Positions 51,146-64,000 of a stretch of 64,000 nt of DNA are shown piece by piece (the first letter of the stretch is position 1; every line of letters begins with the position of its first letter). The notes beneath the pieces were generated by a model. That model made no database searches. It had not been told where the DNA came from and saw only the letters and a list, made by a program, of their open reading frames with translations. This stretch comes from Lingula anatina (lineage: Eukaryota > Animalia > Brachiopoda). The stretch is from assembly GCA_051362555.1 (NCBI GenBank), contig CM120645.1, positions 3,348,001 through 3,412,000 on the forward strand. The letters are read 5' to 3'. Position numbers and translations under genes: made by a program.

Positions 51146-54100
51146 AGTAAAGATTCATTGTGTAATTGGCAGGCAAATTTCATCGATGCCATCGTTTGTC
51201 CAGTTTGCATGTCTAATGACGGGGTAGTAGTACCTCTACGTTGTTAAATACTGTAAGGACTACGGGTTCAAGTTTAGACATATCTGTTGTCTTATGTTTC
51301 AGAACGGCTGTTTGGCGGGATGTCATTCCAACTCGTGCCTCATGACGCCCGTGCATGCCAAACGAGCATTTGCTTATGCAAAATCAGGTAAGCCCAGGCG
51401 AGACTGACCGGTTGGTTAACGGGGGGCGTCTCGATAGTCCGAAGGTTCATTGGTCCGAAAAGTTGTAACATTTTTATCGATTTTTTAATCAAGGGTTCAT
51501 TGGTCCGAAGGTTCTATTGTGAACATGCGGACCAATGAACCTTCGGACTATTGAACCTTCGGACTATCGCTACGGCCCCGGTTAACGAGGCTTTTTTTGT
51601 TTTAAAGCATATTATTTTTAATGAGAAAAGTTACTTTATTTCAGGTTCGGTCGGTGTATGATCAGATTAATATTTCCCTCATGAGCAAACATGTAGGCCT
51701 ACGTGGTATTGAAGCTCATACGTTCTATTGACAACATGATTTTTCAAAATAATGCACTTAATAATTTGGTTATTTAATGTGAGTTTTAAAGATATGGCTT
51801 GCGTCAAAAATATGCCATTTTATACGATGAACTTTTGAAGATATTGTCCTTTTAGGCACCTGTATTAACATATAAGTACAGGGTAAATTGTTGTTATAAA
51901 TCTGCATCAGATTTTTAGTTATTAAACCTGGTATTGCAGAATACGATAGCATTGAGTTTTGTTATCAATTCTCTGCAGGGGATCTCAAAAATGCACTTAA
52001 GGACGCCGAGAAAACAGTCGTGTTGGACAGTCGTAATCCGGTTAGTGCATGTTGAATATTTCCCTTTTCCTTTAAATTACCTTTAATATTGTTTCTCTAC
52101 GTCGTTCAATCATTGATTTTTTAATACTGGTATTATGCGACCCTTTGTCACAAATGATCGCTTATATACAGTACATAACTACAACGTTCATTTGTAGCTG
52201 TTTGTCCGTTTCTGTAACAGTAAATTCTGCGAAAATAGTTGGTATATAAAACGAATATATGTTTGAAAAGGTAGCCATATGACCTCGAAATTTCGTACAA
52301 TGACGAGAGATCTTGCATTAAAGAATCAGAATTATATTTTAGAAATAAATTCTGATTACTTTCGTAGGACGTGTACTGCATACGGGCACTTGTGCGAAAC
52401 AGCCGAGGTGAAGAAGTGCTGGCTCTGCAAGACGTCATCAAGGCACTGAGCTTGAACTCCAATCACATAGCATCTCTCATCATACGAGGAACACTGCAGG
52501 CACCCGTGGTAAGTACCATATCTATTTTCAACACTGGCATTAAGTATTCTAAACACGAAATAAAACAAGTATACATTAAATCAATTCCATTATGTTGTTT
52601 TGCATTTGTTTAGTGTAGTATTTTTCACTTTAAATATTATTTTGATAAACGCTACTCATTGCTTAATTGGATTTAGTACTTATCCAACTGCACCAGGTAC
52701 ATATGAACAATTAAAGTAAAATGTCCTTGAGTTGTAAATGAAACGAGAAGAAAGGTTATCCAAATCAAGTGACAGGCCAACTTTTAATTTAGATACTATC
52801 AGACTGGCCCGGCAGCGAGGCAATGGCGCCAAATAAAGACCACGAGAAAGCCATAAAGATCAATCCTGATAGTCAAAACTTCCTCAGTGTCACAAGTATG
52901 GAGCATCCTGACGTCAACAGGTTCTATGACAGGTGAGCTTATGATATCATAACGACCATAAGGACGTCAAATATTATGGAGGTTAAGTACTGACGCCATG
53001 AGCTCTTGCCGTTCTGACTTGCTTGCAATAATAACACCACAAGTTTCAGTTCTTTTTTTTTTTTTTTTGTAATTTTTCTTTTTTGTGTCTGAAACGCTAA
53101 TAAATGATGATATTCTCTTATTGGTTTTTATTCCAGATTCCTGTACTCTCTAAATGTTCCTCACACCGTCAATGTCATCAATATGATGCCAAAGCACAGG
53201 GAAAAATCGAAAGAGGGTAAGGCATATGAATTTCAGAGTCAATCTCAACTTTTGAGGTAAAACGTATAAACTGGGATTATTATGACGTTCTGTTATTCAG
53301 CATTATCTAAATGCTTGTTTCTCTCTAGCTTTGAGTGTATTTACATGTAGTATAGTTGGTCGCTCGTAATATTTGATTTTTACGACACGGCGATATAAGT
53401 AGTATTTCGCCCCTAACTACAGGGAAATGACTGTATAAATAGGTGTGTTAACTTTGGTTGCGTTCTATCACTTTTTTCGACGACAGCACCCTCCAGTCGT
53501 TTGCGGAGGCACTTCCAGCTGCCTGCTATACAGAAATGCCCCAGTGGCTGGTGCATAGCCTGTGCATCTGAACGGCACGGTCAGCATACTTGCCGTACAG
53601 CAAAGGGCTATAGTAAGATGACTAATACATGGCATAGTGCATGCTTATGAGTCCTTGACCCTGTTGCATGACCTTGACGTTGAACTTTTGACCTTGACCT
53701 GCAATGGTATGAAGGTTTCTCTTTGAGCAATTGCCAAGTGGTCGTTATGTTTGATTCCAAGCAATTTTCATTTGAGAAAATTCATTACACTGTGATTTGT
53801 AAGTTGAAAACCTCTTTACAAAGAATGCACCATAGTATAACTTGTACATAGATAATGAATGTTTCACACGAGGAAAATGAGTTTTGCAGAAGATGCATGA
53901 ACATAAATTATCTATCTTGTTGCACGTTAAAGAAGCACATCTGCAGTTTTTCAACACCTGGCTAACTAAAACCGTTTTAAGATCTAAACCACAAGATGGA
54001 CGATTTGGCAAGCGCTTAAATCATGCTAAAAATAGCATGTTATTCTCCAGTCAGTTTAACCACTATCTCGTCTTCACAATTTTTAAAGTTAAAATTCACA

Positions 54101-55923
54101 GCGCGTGGATAAAACTTAACGGAGAGCTGGCGATTTCTGAAGTCCACATTTTAAACACGGTTTTAGTTCTGCGGTCCATGGTGCACAAGGGGCATGTTCG
54201 CATGATGACACTGCATGAAGAGACGGTACACAGCGGATCCAGGATCTCAAAACGAAAAAATTGATGGGGTGCATAATGTTTTATCTTCCTCCTTCTAAAT
54301 TAAGAACTTTAATTAACTGCCAACCCTCGCCTGGCAGGGGCGTTGACTGAAACCGAATTTCCTTTACTTTAATCCTGGGTCAGCCCCGCCCTGCCACGCC
54401 CTGCCCAGCCCCGCTTTGCTCTGCCCCTTTCCTGGATCCGCCTTTTCACAGTTGTAAGTTGTAGTGGCATGGGTGTATTTCATATGCATGTTAGGTTTGT
54501 TTTATCCTAGTTACGTGTGATACATCGTTGTTACATGTGATACAACGTTTTACAACACTGTCAATCGTTTTGTGTCCGAGTTTTGAAAATTTTAAGAATG
54601 GTACTAGGAGCAAAAAGGGTATTTATTGTCAATATATTTATCGGTGTGTTGATCTTTTTTTTATTTTCATTGATTTTATTAAATCTTTGGCACATGTTTT
54701 GATAATTCATATTGATTGGCCTATTTTAGAACCGATGCCTCATGGCAAGGGATACGAATCTCCCATGAAGTTCTTACATCACCAAACCGAGGGCGCCAAA
54801 TCTGCTGGTACTCCGACTTCTTTCCGCTGTGGATCAACTACGTCATATACCAGTAGGGCTGCGCAGAGGAGGAAAGAGTATGGAAATAACCTCAGACGAC
54901 ATCTAAGTGAAACTAGACCTAAAACAACTAGTGAAATTTTAGGTAAATATTTTTCACATAATTTCTTGTGTTTCTAAAATAAGCGTGTCATACATGTATC
55001 ACTTGGCATGCTAACGTTAAGATGTTTATATCTTGGCCAATGCATGATTAATATATTCTACCTTAAAATTCGTGGTCAAAAGGTGTTTAACAAAGTTAAG
55101 AAAGTAACGTTTTTTAGATAAACCTGTATGGAAAGATGGAAAATCGTTGTGGTGTACTTATTTTGGTAAATGTGTGATTTTTTTTATTCGACAAGCCAAC
55201 TTGTACAAAAGCCTACAGCAAAAGCATCAACAAAACCGTCCAATCACGTGTAATGAGACGCGTATGCCCAGACAAACCAGCTTAGACAGTGACACAATTA
55301 GGTCCTCGATTTCGCTTGATGACGTCAGTACAAGCGCGTCCAGACAGTTGAAGGAGGTTCGATTGACGTCATCGTCGACATCACAAGCTTCAAGAGACAC
55401 TCTGCTTACCAAATCGCAAAACGCCGACGGATCTATACCAAGGACAAAAGAGTCAAGGAACTGTCAACTTGGGCTTTCAAGTGGACAACATTTGAGGACG
55501 CTCAGTGCGAGTAAGCCAATGACACGATCACAAAGTGCGGGCTCGAGGTCGTCATCTAGTCGAAATTCTTCTATTGCAGTATTTCAGCCAATTAATGTTA
55601 AGGAAGCCCCACGGATGTATTACAGGTGATATATTTGATAGTAATAAGCAGTACTTTACATGTACTTTTGATAGTAAGATCACGCACTCTTTTTTTTTCT
55701 ACGTTTACCAGGTTTACCAGTATCTATTTCAAGGCACGTGATTCTGAGCAGCATCTTTGCGTCTTTCTGTTTAAAATTTTTTGAAAATGTTTTATTAGAG
55801 GGAGTCTGTAACTGTATATTATTGGAATGCCTATAATATTTTCTCTTTTCTAGGCCTTGGATGGGAGACAAGCTACCTGTAGCTGAGATACCACAACGGA
55901 AACCGACACCGGCGTTTTACTGA
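48451..55923 (+). CDS. Uncharacterised TPR-repeat protein with Ser/Arg-rich C-terminal region (~548 aa, 12 exons)
   Basis: Exons 48451-48552, 50491-50580, 50837-50944, 51303-51387, 51979-52040, 52368-52508, 52793-52932, 53137-53216, 53487-53612, 54730-54942, 55196-55625, 55854-55923 are phase-compatible. TPR-like helices: LYYSLGWALQQVGEHTKAVKAYTKSI, RAFAYAKSGDLKNALKDAEKTVVLDS, VYCIRALVRNSRGEEVLALQDVIKALSLNSNH. Confidence 0.8.
51421..51579. mobile_element. Small foldback MITE in TPR-gene intron
   Basis: Inverted arrays of 'gtccgaaggttc' / 'gaaccttcggac', flanked by the direct repeat ggttaac. Confidence 0.7.
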
Positions 55924-56303
55924 GTGCAACAAATAAAGACTCGGAGATGTTTATTTTAATGTAGAACACATCCGGGTGCTGTTGCATCTGGAAACGCCTG
56001 TACTCGTTAGTGGCAGGGATCGATATGTTTCTCGAGGCTGTGTCTACGGAGAGCAGTGTCCATGTCGATATTAAAATTGCGCCCCAGTTTTACCATTTGA
56101 CATAATTTTGCACAACTTTGCTATAAAATCATGTTAAAACTGCGGGTCATTTGCGTTTTAAAATATGTCAGTTTAACACATCAAGACACTAAAATGACAG
56201 TGCCCTCTTTAAGTGGCGCCCAGGGCACGTGCAATGCCCTAGACACGCCATGTAACGTATGTATGTTGCTACATGAAAGCACTGTTCCTGTTGACTTCTA
56301 GAA

Positions 56304-56854
56304 CAGGCCTTCCCAACTACCAGACTCGGCACCTAAGGATCCTGAATTAACCGGTATATCGGACCACACTACCCGTTTTCAAGGTGTGTGTCAGATCGCA
56401 TTTCGGAGTATCATACCCCAGAACAAATTTTGTAGCATGACTGCGGGCTCATCCACGCTCGGCTGAACAATCTTAAACTGTACTCTTACTTTAGAGTACT
56501 CTATTTTATTGTCTCTATGGGGATATATGGGGACTTTACGACATTCGGTTTGAATGTTTTAACCACTTTTGATAGGGCTTTTTTACATTGCATTAGATTA
56601 ATGTGGCAGTCTAAGGTGCATCTAGGTGGCTTTCAAATTTATGCACCCGGTTTTAAAATCATATGGCGATTTTACGACAATCGTTTACTATCCAATCAAG
56701 GTGACAGCCGAGCATGCCAGGGCTCATCCTGTTGGTGTTCTGGCTGATACTCCGAAATGCGATCTGACACACACCTTGAAAACGGGTAGTGTGGTCCGAT
56801 ATACCAGTTAATTCAGGATCCTTAGGTGCCGAGTCTGGTAGTTGGGTAGGCCTG
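56304..56854. mobile_element. Recent MITE, ~110-bp near-perfect TIRs, 5-bp TSD (TAGAA)
   Basis: 56304-56413 is the reverse complement of 56745-56854 with about 2 mismatches; CAGG...CCTG ends; TAGAA on both flanks. Confidence 0.88.
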
Positions 56855-58047
56855 TAGAACATGCATGTTGCCATTTGGACAAGATTTGATGAACTATTTT
56901 TATGCAAATACCAGTTAACTACCGATGAAATTCTTAACGTGTCGGTTCTGCACGACAATTGTCAATCCCGAAAAGCGTTTATATTATGGAGATAAATGTA
57001 CTTTATTCTCATTTTCCAGCTTCTCCTCTTAAAACCTTTTGCCATGACATGATTTTCTATCAACTTCATACATATTATTATTATATTATTATGATTATAT
57101 TCGTACATGTAAGTCAAATTTCTGAATCCTATTTAAGTAACCTTCACCATAAAGAGATTTGTAATCATGATATAGCAGACAACATAACTTCGTTTAAATG
57201 GCATCTTAAAAATCCACTCAAGCCCAATTATAACAAAACTGTTATATTATATGACATTTATAAAACTCATCTACCTTTAAATTGTTAAAAATTAAATTAT
57301 ATTGATATTTTTTGGAAAAATAGACATATCATGCAACAAACTTAAAAGAATGTATGAACCTAAGTTAAGAGTAAATATAAACTACAAAATACCCTAAAAA
57401 TCACAGATATGAAAGATTGCAGTAAAGCTAAGAATCAATAGTCTTACCTCATCAAATATCACAATATATTTATGAACATATCAATTCCACACAAATTATC
57501 CATACCAGTGTCTAACTGGTAAAATGTGATCACAGAAAATGAAAAACAAAGGTAAACAGATACACCATACATAACATACACATGACTGTGGGGGATAATG
57601 ACAGGTCTGAAATGTGATATAGGTATGTGGAGTATTTTGCAGAAAATTATACTAAACAAACCGTTTGTTTTATGTATACAACAATGGACAATATACATGG
57701 ACAAGTACATGCACTATACATTGTCAGGAAAATGTGTGTGAAGTATTTAGTATGTGGTAGAGTACAAATGAACATTGTACACTGTACATGTACGAAAATG
57801 GAAATTTAGCTAAGTATTGTACTGTATGTAAGCAAATAATATGATAATTCACGACATTAAAAAGGCAAAAATCTGCCAAAAATAAGCTTTTAAAAAAGCA
57901 TGTATACTGAAAACATTAATATCTGCTATTCAAATAAAAGACTAAAACAATGGTATATATATCATTTTCTTAACTAATATAATACATGTGTGCACATGAA
58001 AACAAAAAAAAAAAAAAAAAAAAAGCCTCATAACCCTAAATGCATTC

Positions 58048-60213
58048 CTAATACATTTTCAACTTCAAAAGAAATCTTATCCTATTCTGGCTCTCCTTAT
58101 AGACTAGATATTCACTCTGGGAAAAATAACTGTCCTTGTACTTGTCCTGTGGAACGGGATTCCCCACAGGTATGGTGATAGTGCGGCCTTCTATTTCCAT
58201 GGTCTTGTCTTTTTTAGGGTCTGTAATTGAGAATACAATAATTCAAGTTTTGTTCATCAAAATCATATTTTTGTTTTGTTTTCACAATTCTAACATTTCA
58301 AATTCTAGCAAACTGCATGGGATAAAAGTATCTGTAGCTATAGTTACATTGTCCAAGACATAAAAACCTCAAATGAGAATATCATCTAAAGTCATAAAAT
58401 ATTATTTTAACAGAAATAATAATAATAATAACATCAACAACATAATATCATTATATTCATTATCAATTCTTTTTGGTAGGCAAGGGCTGAAAATATTAAA
58501 ATTTGGTGTTTATAGACAATCAATTTTGTATGGAGAATCCATGCCATATTTCTATTCTTTATTTCTTAGGAGGGTGCGAGTAATTGGGAAATGTCACCAC
58601 GACTTGGCCTCATTCCTAGCACACCAGCAAGTTATACTATATCATACACTTCACTATATGTATACCATACCATACAATGTTGACATATTCAAAGGGGCAG
58701 ATCCAGAGATATTTTCTGGGTCTTCCAAATTATCTTTGTTGATCCATCCTCCATTTTTGACCCATTTTCCACCAGAAAATATAGATGTCACTAAATGTAA
58801 ATTAGAAAATTCTGATCATCTGCTGGAAGACCCAGAAGACGGCCTCTGTCCATCCCTGATTCACACTTGGTTCCCTACCTGGTTCAGTGCGTCCTTTAGC
58901 AATAATGCAGTCAAAGCCCTTAGGTGCCGCTGTCAGCTGACAGTTGTCTTTGGTTATAAAGTGCTCTTTGCCCAGTGCCACCTCGTTCACAAACATAATG
59001 CCTGTGCCATTACCACTGCACCTGACTATAATAACAAAAAAGTTCATCCTAGCAGTGTATCTCTTCTTTCCTGGCATTATTATATATGTACCCAGTAGTA
59101 CGTTATGACTATAATATCAAAATTTATATTAAACAAAGTAAAAAATCGTAGTCTCTAAAGAAATTAATTATTCATTTCAGGGTTGAACATGCTGATCAAA
59201 AAAGACCAAGTACTGGGTATAAGACTGATCAATCTTATTTAATTGGTGTGGTTTTAATATAACAACAAGAAGCTGCATGCTTGTGAATCTTAATTTTTGT
59301 CAAATCCAGTGCTGCCAAGATTGTCCTTTATTCCACAAGTAACTATCGGTTAAATTCAAACCACAAAGAGAAAAGCCATTACCAGCAATCATGTTTTCAA
59401 AGATGTCCATTTGCCATATGCTTTGCTGACTTTGACTTCTCGGAGGCAACATTTATGGGACTAATTTCATATAATTGTTCTAAATAAAAACCAAGCAACA
59501 ACCCCACAGTCACAGTGTACAAAGACTGAAAAACATTTGAATTTTCTTACCATAAGCAGCCGATTTTGAGTTCTCAGAGGCAAAATATATCCCTTTCCCA
59601 ACTCTGCCCCCACTGTGGGGCATAATACGCAGACCACCTTTCAAAATGGCCGCCACTACAGCCACGTTGGTCCCGTGCCAAAGCAATTTGCGGTTGTCTA
59701 AATTTTTGTGCTCGGCAAATCTGGTATCCTGGAAAGGTATAAAACATTACCATTAATAAAAGCATGGTTTTCTATTTAAATCTGAAAAAGGAATTTCTTT
59801 ATTTGATTGGCCTATCATGGATGATGGCTCTAAAGTATGAATAACAATTTTAAACAATACCGTATCTTGCTGTAAGATCTGTGCTGTCAAAATTATGATT
59901 AAACAGGCTGGCAAATAAAAATGAGTTTGATCTTAATTATCGATGAGATCAAAAAGAGGAAATCCTCCAAAAATACCAGGAAAATGTCCTTTCTTGTGAA
60001 TAAATAAATAAATAGTAAAAATAAATAAATTAATTGATGGAAAAAAAATTCCACAAACTAAGTTTCACCTCTCCGTGTCTGTTCACTTTCCAAACCTCCT
60101 GCAATGTGACTTTACGCCAGTGTTTTGTGGCCATAGCATACTCCTCTACCAACTGGAACCAAACAATTAACTTAATACATTTTATTTTCATATAAAACAA
60201 CAACAACAAAAGT

Positions 60214-60250
<37 letters not shown>

Positions 60251-60375
60251 CACAATTGTCGGTCATATTGGAACAGCTCACATATTGCGAAAAAATCCTG
60301 TGTCTAAGCTGCAGGAAGCAGCTGACACACAGAAAAAAAGACCCAGAAGAACATTTAAGAGCAGGAGGGATTCAC

Positions 60376-60417
<42 letters not shown>

Positions 60418-61862
60418 TCAACAAAATCAATGTAATTATGATTATTTTAGCTTGCCTTATATTCCTTGGACTTTTTATCCAGTAGCTCCAGGTCACAGTT
60501 CAGCAGTCCATAGTTGACATCCAGTGGGTGGGGCTTGGCCTCATTCAATGCCTGAAACAGAAATAAAGGTCAAAGGACAGATCTAAGGTCATATTTGATA
60601 CAATGATTACCTTGATTACTTCCTAATGTCAATAAAATTGATGATTTCATTTCCTATTGTGATACTTAAAGAGGGAAAAATAAAAGTTGTGAATTTAAGA
60701 TGTCGTGGTATTTTTAGGTAGAAATTGCATTTTTGGGGTTTTAAAGAAATATTAATTTAAAAAATACATATATAAAATAATAATAAAATCATAAATTGAA
60801 AGGAATTGAAAATAATATAATTAATTGTCAAAATATGCTATTTTTCATGTTTTGTTGGTCTGACTCGAGTTTCTAGTACATGTATAACACATGTATCACT
60901 GGTTCTGACAGCAAATATGTAAAATAATGTGTAATATCAAGACTTAAACAAATGTTGTTTAGCTCTTGCCAGTGAAACACATGTAGGATCAGCATGGTGA
61001 TTTGCAATACAGGAATTTTTATATCAAACCTAGCTAATAAAAATATCTCTTACCTTCTTGCCAGGTTTCTTTTCTTTCTCTTTTTCTTTCTGCATGCTTT
61101 GAGCCAGCTCTATGTCAGCCAACACCTAAATGAGCAAAATTAAAAATATACCTTCACTTGAATCTTTTCAGTAATAGATAAATTTATGGTAATTACTCAA
61201 TGAATCACACAGCATGAATTGACAAACACCCCCAGAAGATCTTATCATAAATACCCTGTATATCGATTTAAAAGTCTTGTCCATTTTTTGTATAAAAGCC
61301 TTTAAATTGGCAGTTATGTATGGATCAATCTATAAGCTTTATCTGGCCAAAAATTAAACATTAGTAGTCCACATATTAAATATAATATTTAATAGGCAAG
61401 AAAGACGTAGCTAAATTTTCAGACTGTATAAGTAAGTAAAGCTCTTTGGCGAAACATGCTCCTAGCTGGTATCTCAAAGGGGCAGGTGACCAAAAAGGTT
61501 TTTAATACAGGTCACAATCACTACAACCAATACAGATCATCACCCACCAGCAGCATATCCATCTTCTTCCTAACCAGTTCTTGGGTGCTGATCACTGGCG
61601 GCCTCTGGCGGCCAAAGTCGTGAGGAATGAGAGTGAAGAACTTGGAGGAGAGCTCTGGCAGTTTGTTCTTCTTACCAGCCTGGACTGCTTTCTCTATCTC
61701 ATCCAGTACTTCAAAACCTTTTGCTATTTGAGACTTGCTCAGTTTGCCCAGTGGCATTTTTTTAACATCTACAAAAGACACAAAATTACATATATGATAT
61801 GATATATGATATGATTATAGGAGCGTGTTTTGTCAGCATTTTTGAAAAAAGAGAACTTGCTG

Positions 61863-61911
<49 letters not shown>

Positions 61912-64000
61912 AATCTGATTGTAAACAGTCCTGCATAAAAGCTTGTTCCATCTAATACAATGTACCGTATGAAGCAACTTTTTAATCGTCTGTGTAAATA
62001 TAGTGGATAATTAAACAGTCACATTATACACTTGAGACACAAAGTGCATGTACATGTACCAGTACGTACATTAACAACTCAGAAGCAGGCAAATATGAGA
62101 ACTTGAAAACTAAGAAGCTGGCTGTAGTTTTTTTTTTTTTTTTTTCATTTATGAAACAAAGTATATTCACCTAACTCCATCTCCTTCATGGCATGGTTGA
62201 ACATGTCTGTATCAAAGATGAGTTTCATCAAGTCCTGGGTGGGTTTATCTAGCTTACATGGTAAGATGGGGGAGGGGGCAGCACCCATGTCAGCCTCATC
62301 TAATGCAGCAAGCTAGAGAAGAATACTTTTATTATTACATATAATTGTGAAAATCGATCATTCTTGAGCCACTTATCTGCTAATACTCACATTAAATGTG
62401 AGTATATTATTCATTTTTATCATGCACTTTGGTATTAGTTTAATTTACATTGATTATGAACTGTCAAGAACTACTAGAATACATTAATTGCATGAACCTG
62501 CATAGAATCTATGGCTACATACTAATACTCATACGTACATATAGTGATAAATACAGATACTCAGCACATTTTGTATAACCGAAAGATTATGCAAGGAAAC
62601 ATGATTATATTAAGCTTATCAAAAGTAGGCCAAACAAGTGCATGTAACAATACTAAATAATGTCCTTGTAACGCGTGTTACGTAACCTTCCAGTATGATA
62701 TGACATATTAATCCTCAGTCTCAGATATATTCATAAGGAGTACTTGGTTTAAGTTCATTGTTTCAAATATTCAGTGTAATTATCTGATTTGTGAAATGAA
62801 AATTAATTCTTGAAACAGACAAGTTCAAACATGAAGTGTACTTTTTACACTACCGCATTTTTATGAGTCATCTGATGATTTTGTATCCAATAAATATACC
62901 GTATCATGTATTTACTGGCACCAATTCAATGCTCATCCTTAGATGAAAGGTGTTTTCATCAGTTTGCTGGATATTTTTAGCCACTGGCAAATCATTGGTC
63001 TGGACTAATATCAATGGAAATTTCTGCATATTTCTATATAAGCTTCAACAGAAAGAAGCATTTCACATTTTGCCAAAATCTACAAATTTAAGGTGAACAT
63101 GCATTATCACAGTCCCTATTTCTTACTTTCTTTTTGGTCTCTTCCATTGCCTCATCATCACTCTCATCATCATCCATCTCTAAGAGGGTATATTTCCCAG
63201 GATGAGGTGTAAAACTGGCACGGTTTTCCCAGGCGTTCTTGGTCTTGTCACGGAACTTCTTGCAGAAATCAGCCACTGCACTTTTCTCGTCTAATGGTCC
63301 CTTTAACATGTCCTGGCCTGACTCTCCCTACAAAACAATAATAAATTAATTAATTAATTAATTAATTAATTAATAAACAAATAAGTAACCAAAAAAAAAA
63401 AATGGAGACAGAAATATTTCAATGGTAGAAAACATGCAAATCTCTCAAATAAAAGCATTGACATATTAGAAAAATAAATTAATATGCATTTTTTCTATTG
63501 AAAGAAAATAATTCATGAGAAATTAATATTTACTATGGTACCTTGAACAAGAAATTACAGCTATGAAAATTTTCTTGGGAACTTTAACAATTCTCCAACA
63601 GTTAACAATAAGGCACAATCTATACTCTATTCAAAATTGTTGAGAAAATTATAATCAAGTTTTATTTTTACCATCATAAGCTATCAACAATAATTTACCA
63701 GTATCCAAATTCCATTTTTCTAATACCATCATTTTCTGTCACTTTCAAAAACATAATTATTTGTCAAGAACCACTTTGGAGTATCACTTTTATTTTCTTT
63801 TTAGTGCTTCATTTTTTTTTCAATTTATTTGTAACGTGTCAGCCTAGGATAAATATATACTGGGAAATGTAATTTTTTTTCAGTTTTGTTCAAATTTTCA
63901 GAGTAATTACCATATAAACTTACCACTCTACCCCACCTAATCCACGCATAGAAATTATTGCCAACTTTGGTCTTCAGAACTTGAATGACATAGTACTTGT
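58048..64000 (-). CDS. PARP3: PARP3-like mono-ADP-ribosyltransferase (WGR + regulatory + catalytic domains); 5' end outside window
   Basis: Minus-strand exons encode KYYVIQVL..AWIRWGRV (WGR), FCKKFRDKTKNAW..GKYTLLE, KKMPLGKLSKSQIAKGFEVL..FFTLIPHDFGRQRPP, RKLLWHGTNVAVVAAILKGGLRIMPHSGGRVGKGIYFASENSKSAAY, EVALGKE and FSQSEYLVYKESQNRIRFLL (H-Y-E triad). Stop at 58048-58050. Confidence 0.93.

Overview
AT-rich, intron-containing animal (probably marine invertebrate) genomic DNA, not prokaryotic. The left 28.4 kb is a tandem segmental duplication (copy A <1-~10517; copy B ~13240-28366 at least). Each copy carries a head-to-head pair: a core-1 beta-1,3-galactosyltransferase (C1GALT1/T-synthase-like, minus strand) and a secreted chimeric mytilectin (beta-trefoil lectin + aerolysin-like pore-forming domain, plus strand). 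The copies are reciprocally damaged: copy A has a dead transferase and an intact toxin, copy B an intact transferase and a toxin with one TAA. The toxin paralogues are far more diverged than the transferase paralogues. Downstream lie a 14-exon CLCA-family metalloprotease with an unusually long motif-rich cytoplasmic tail, two tRNA-Gly loci, a 3-exon orphan single-pass membrane protein, a 12-exon TPR protein and the 3' part of a PARP3-like gene. Many transposon relics are present, including a triple-nested EnSpm-like > Helentron/HINE-satellite > Tc1 insertion. All gene models were assembled by eye from GT-AG sites and frame continuity; family assignments come from remembered motifs, not database searches.
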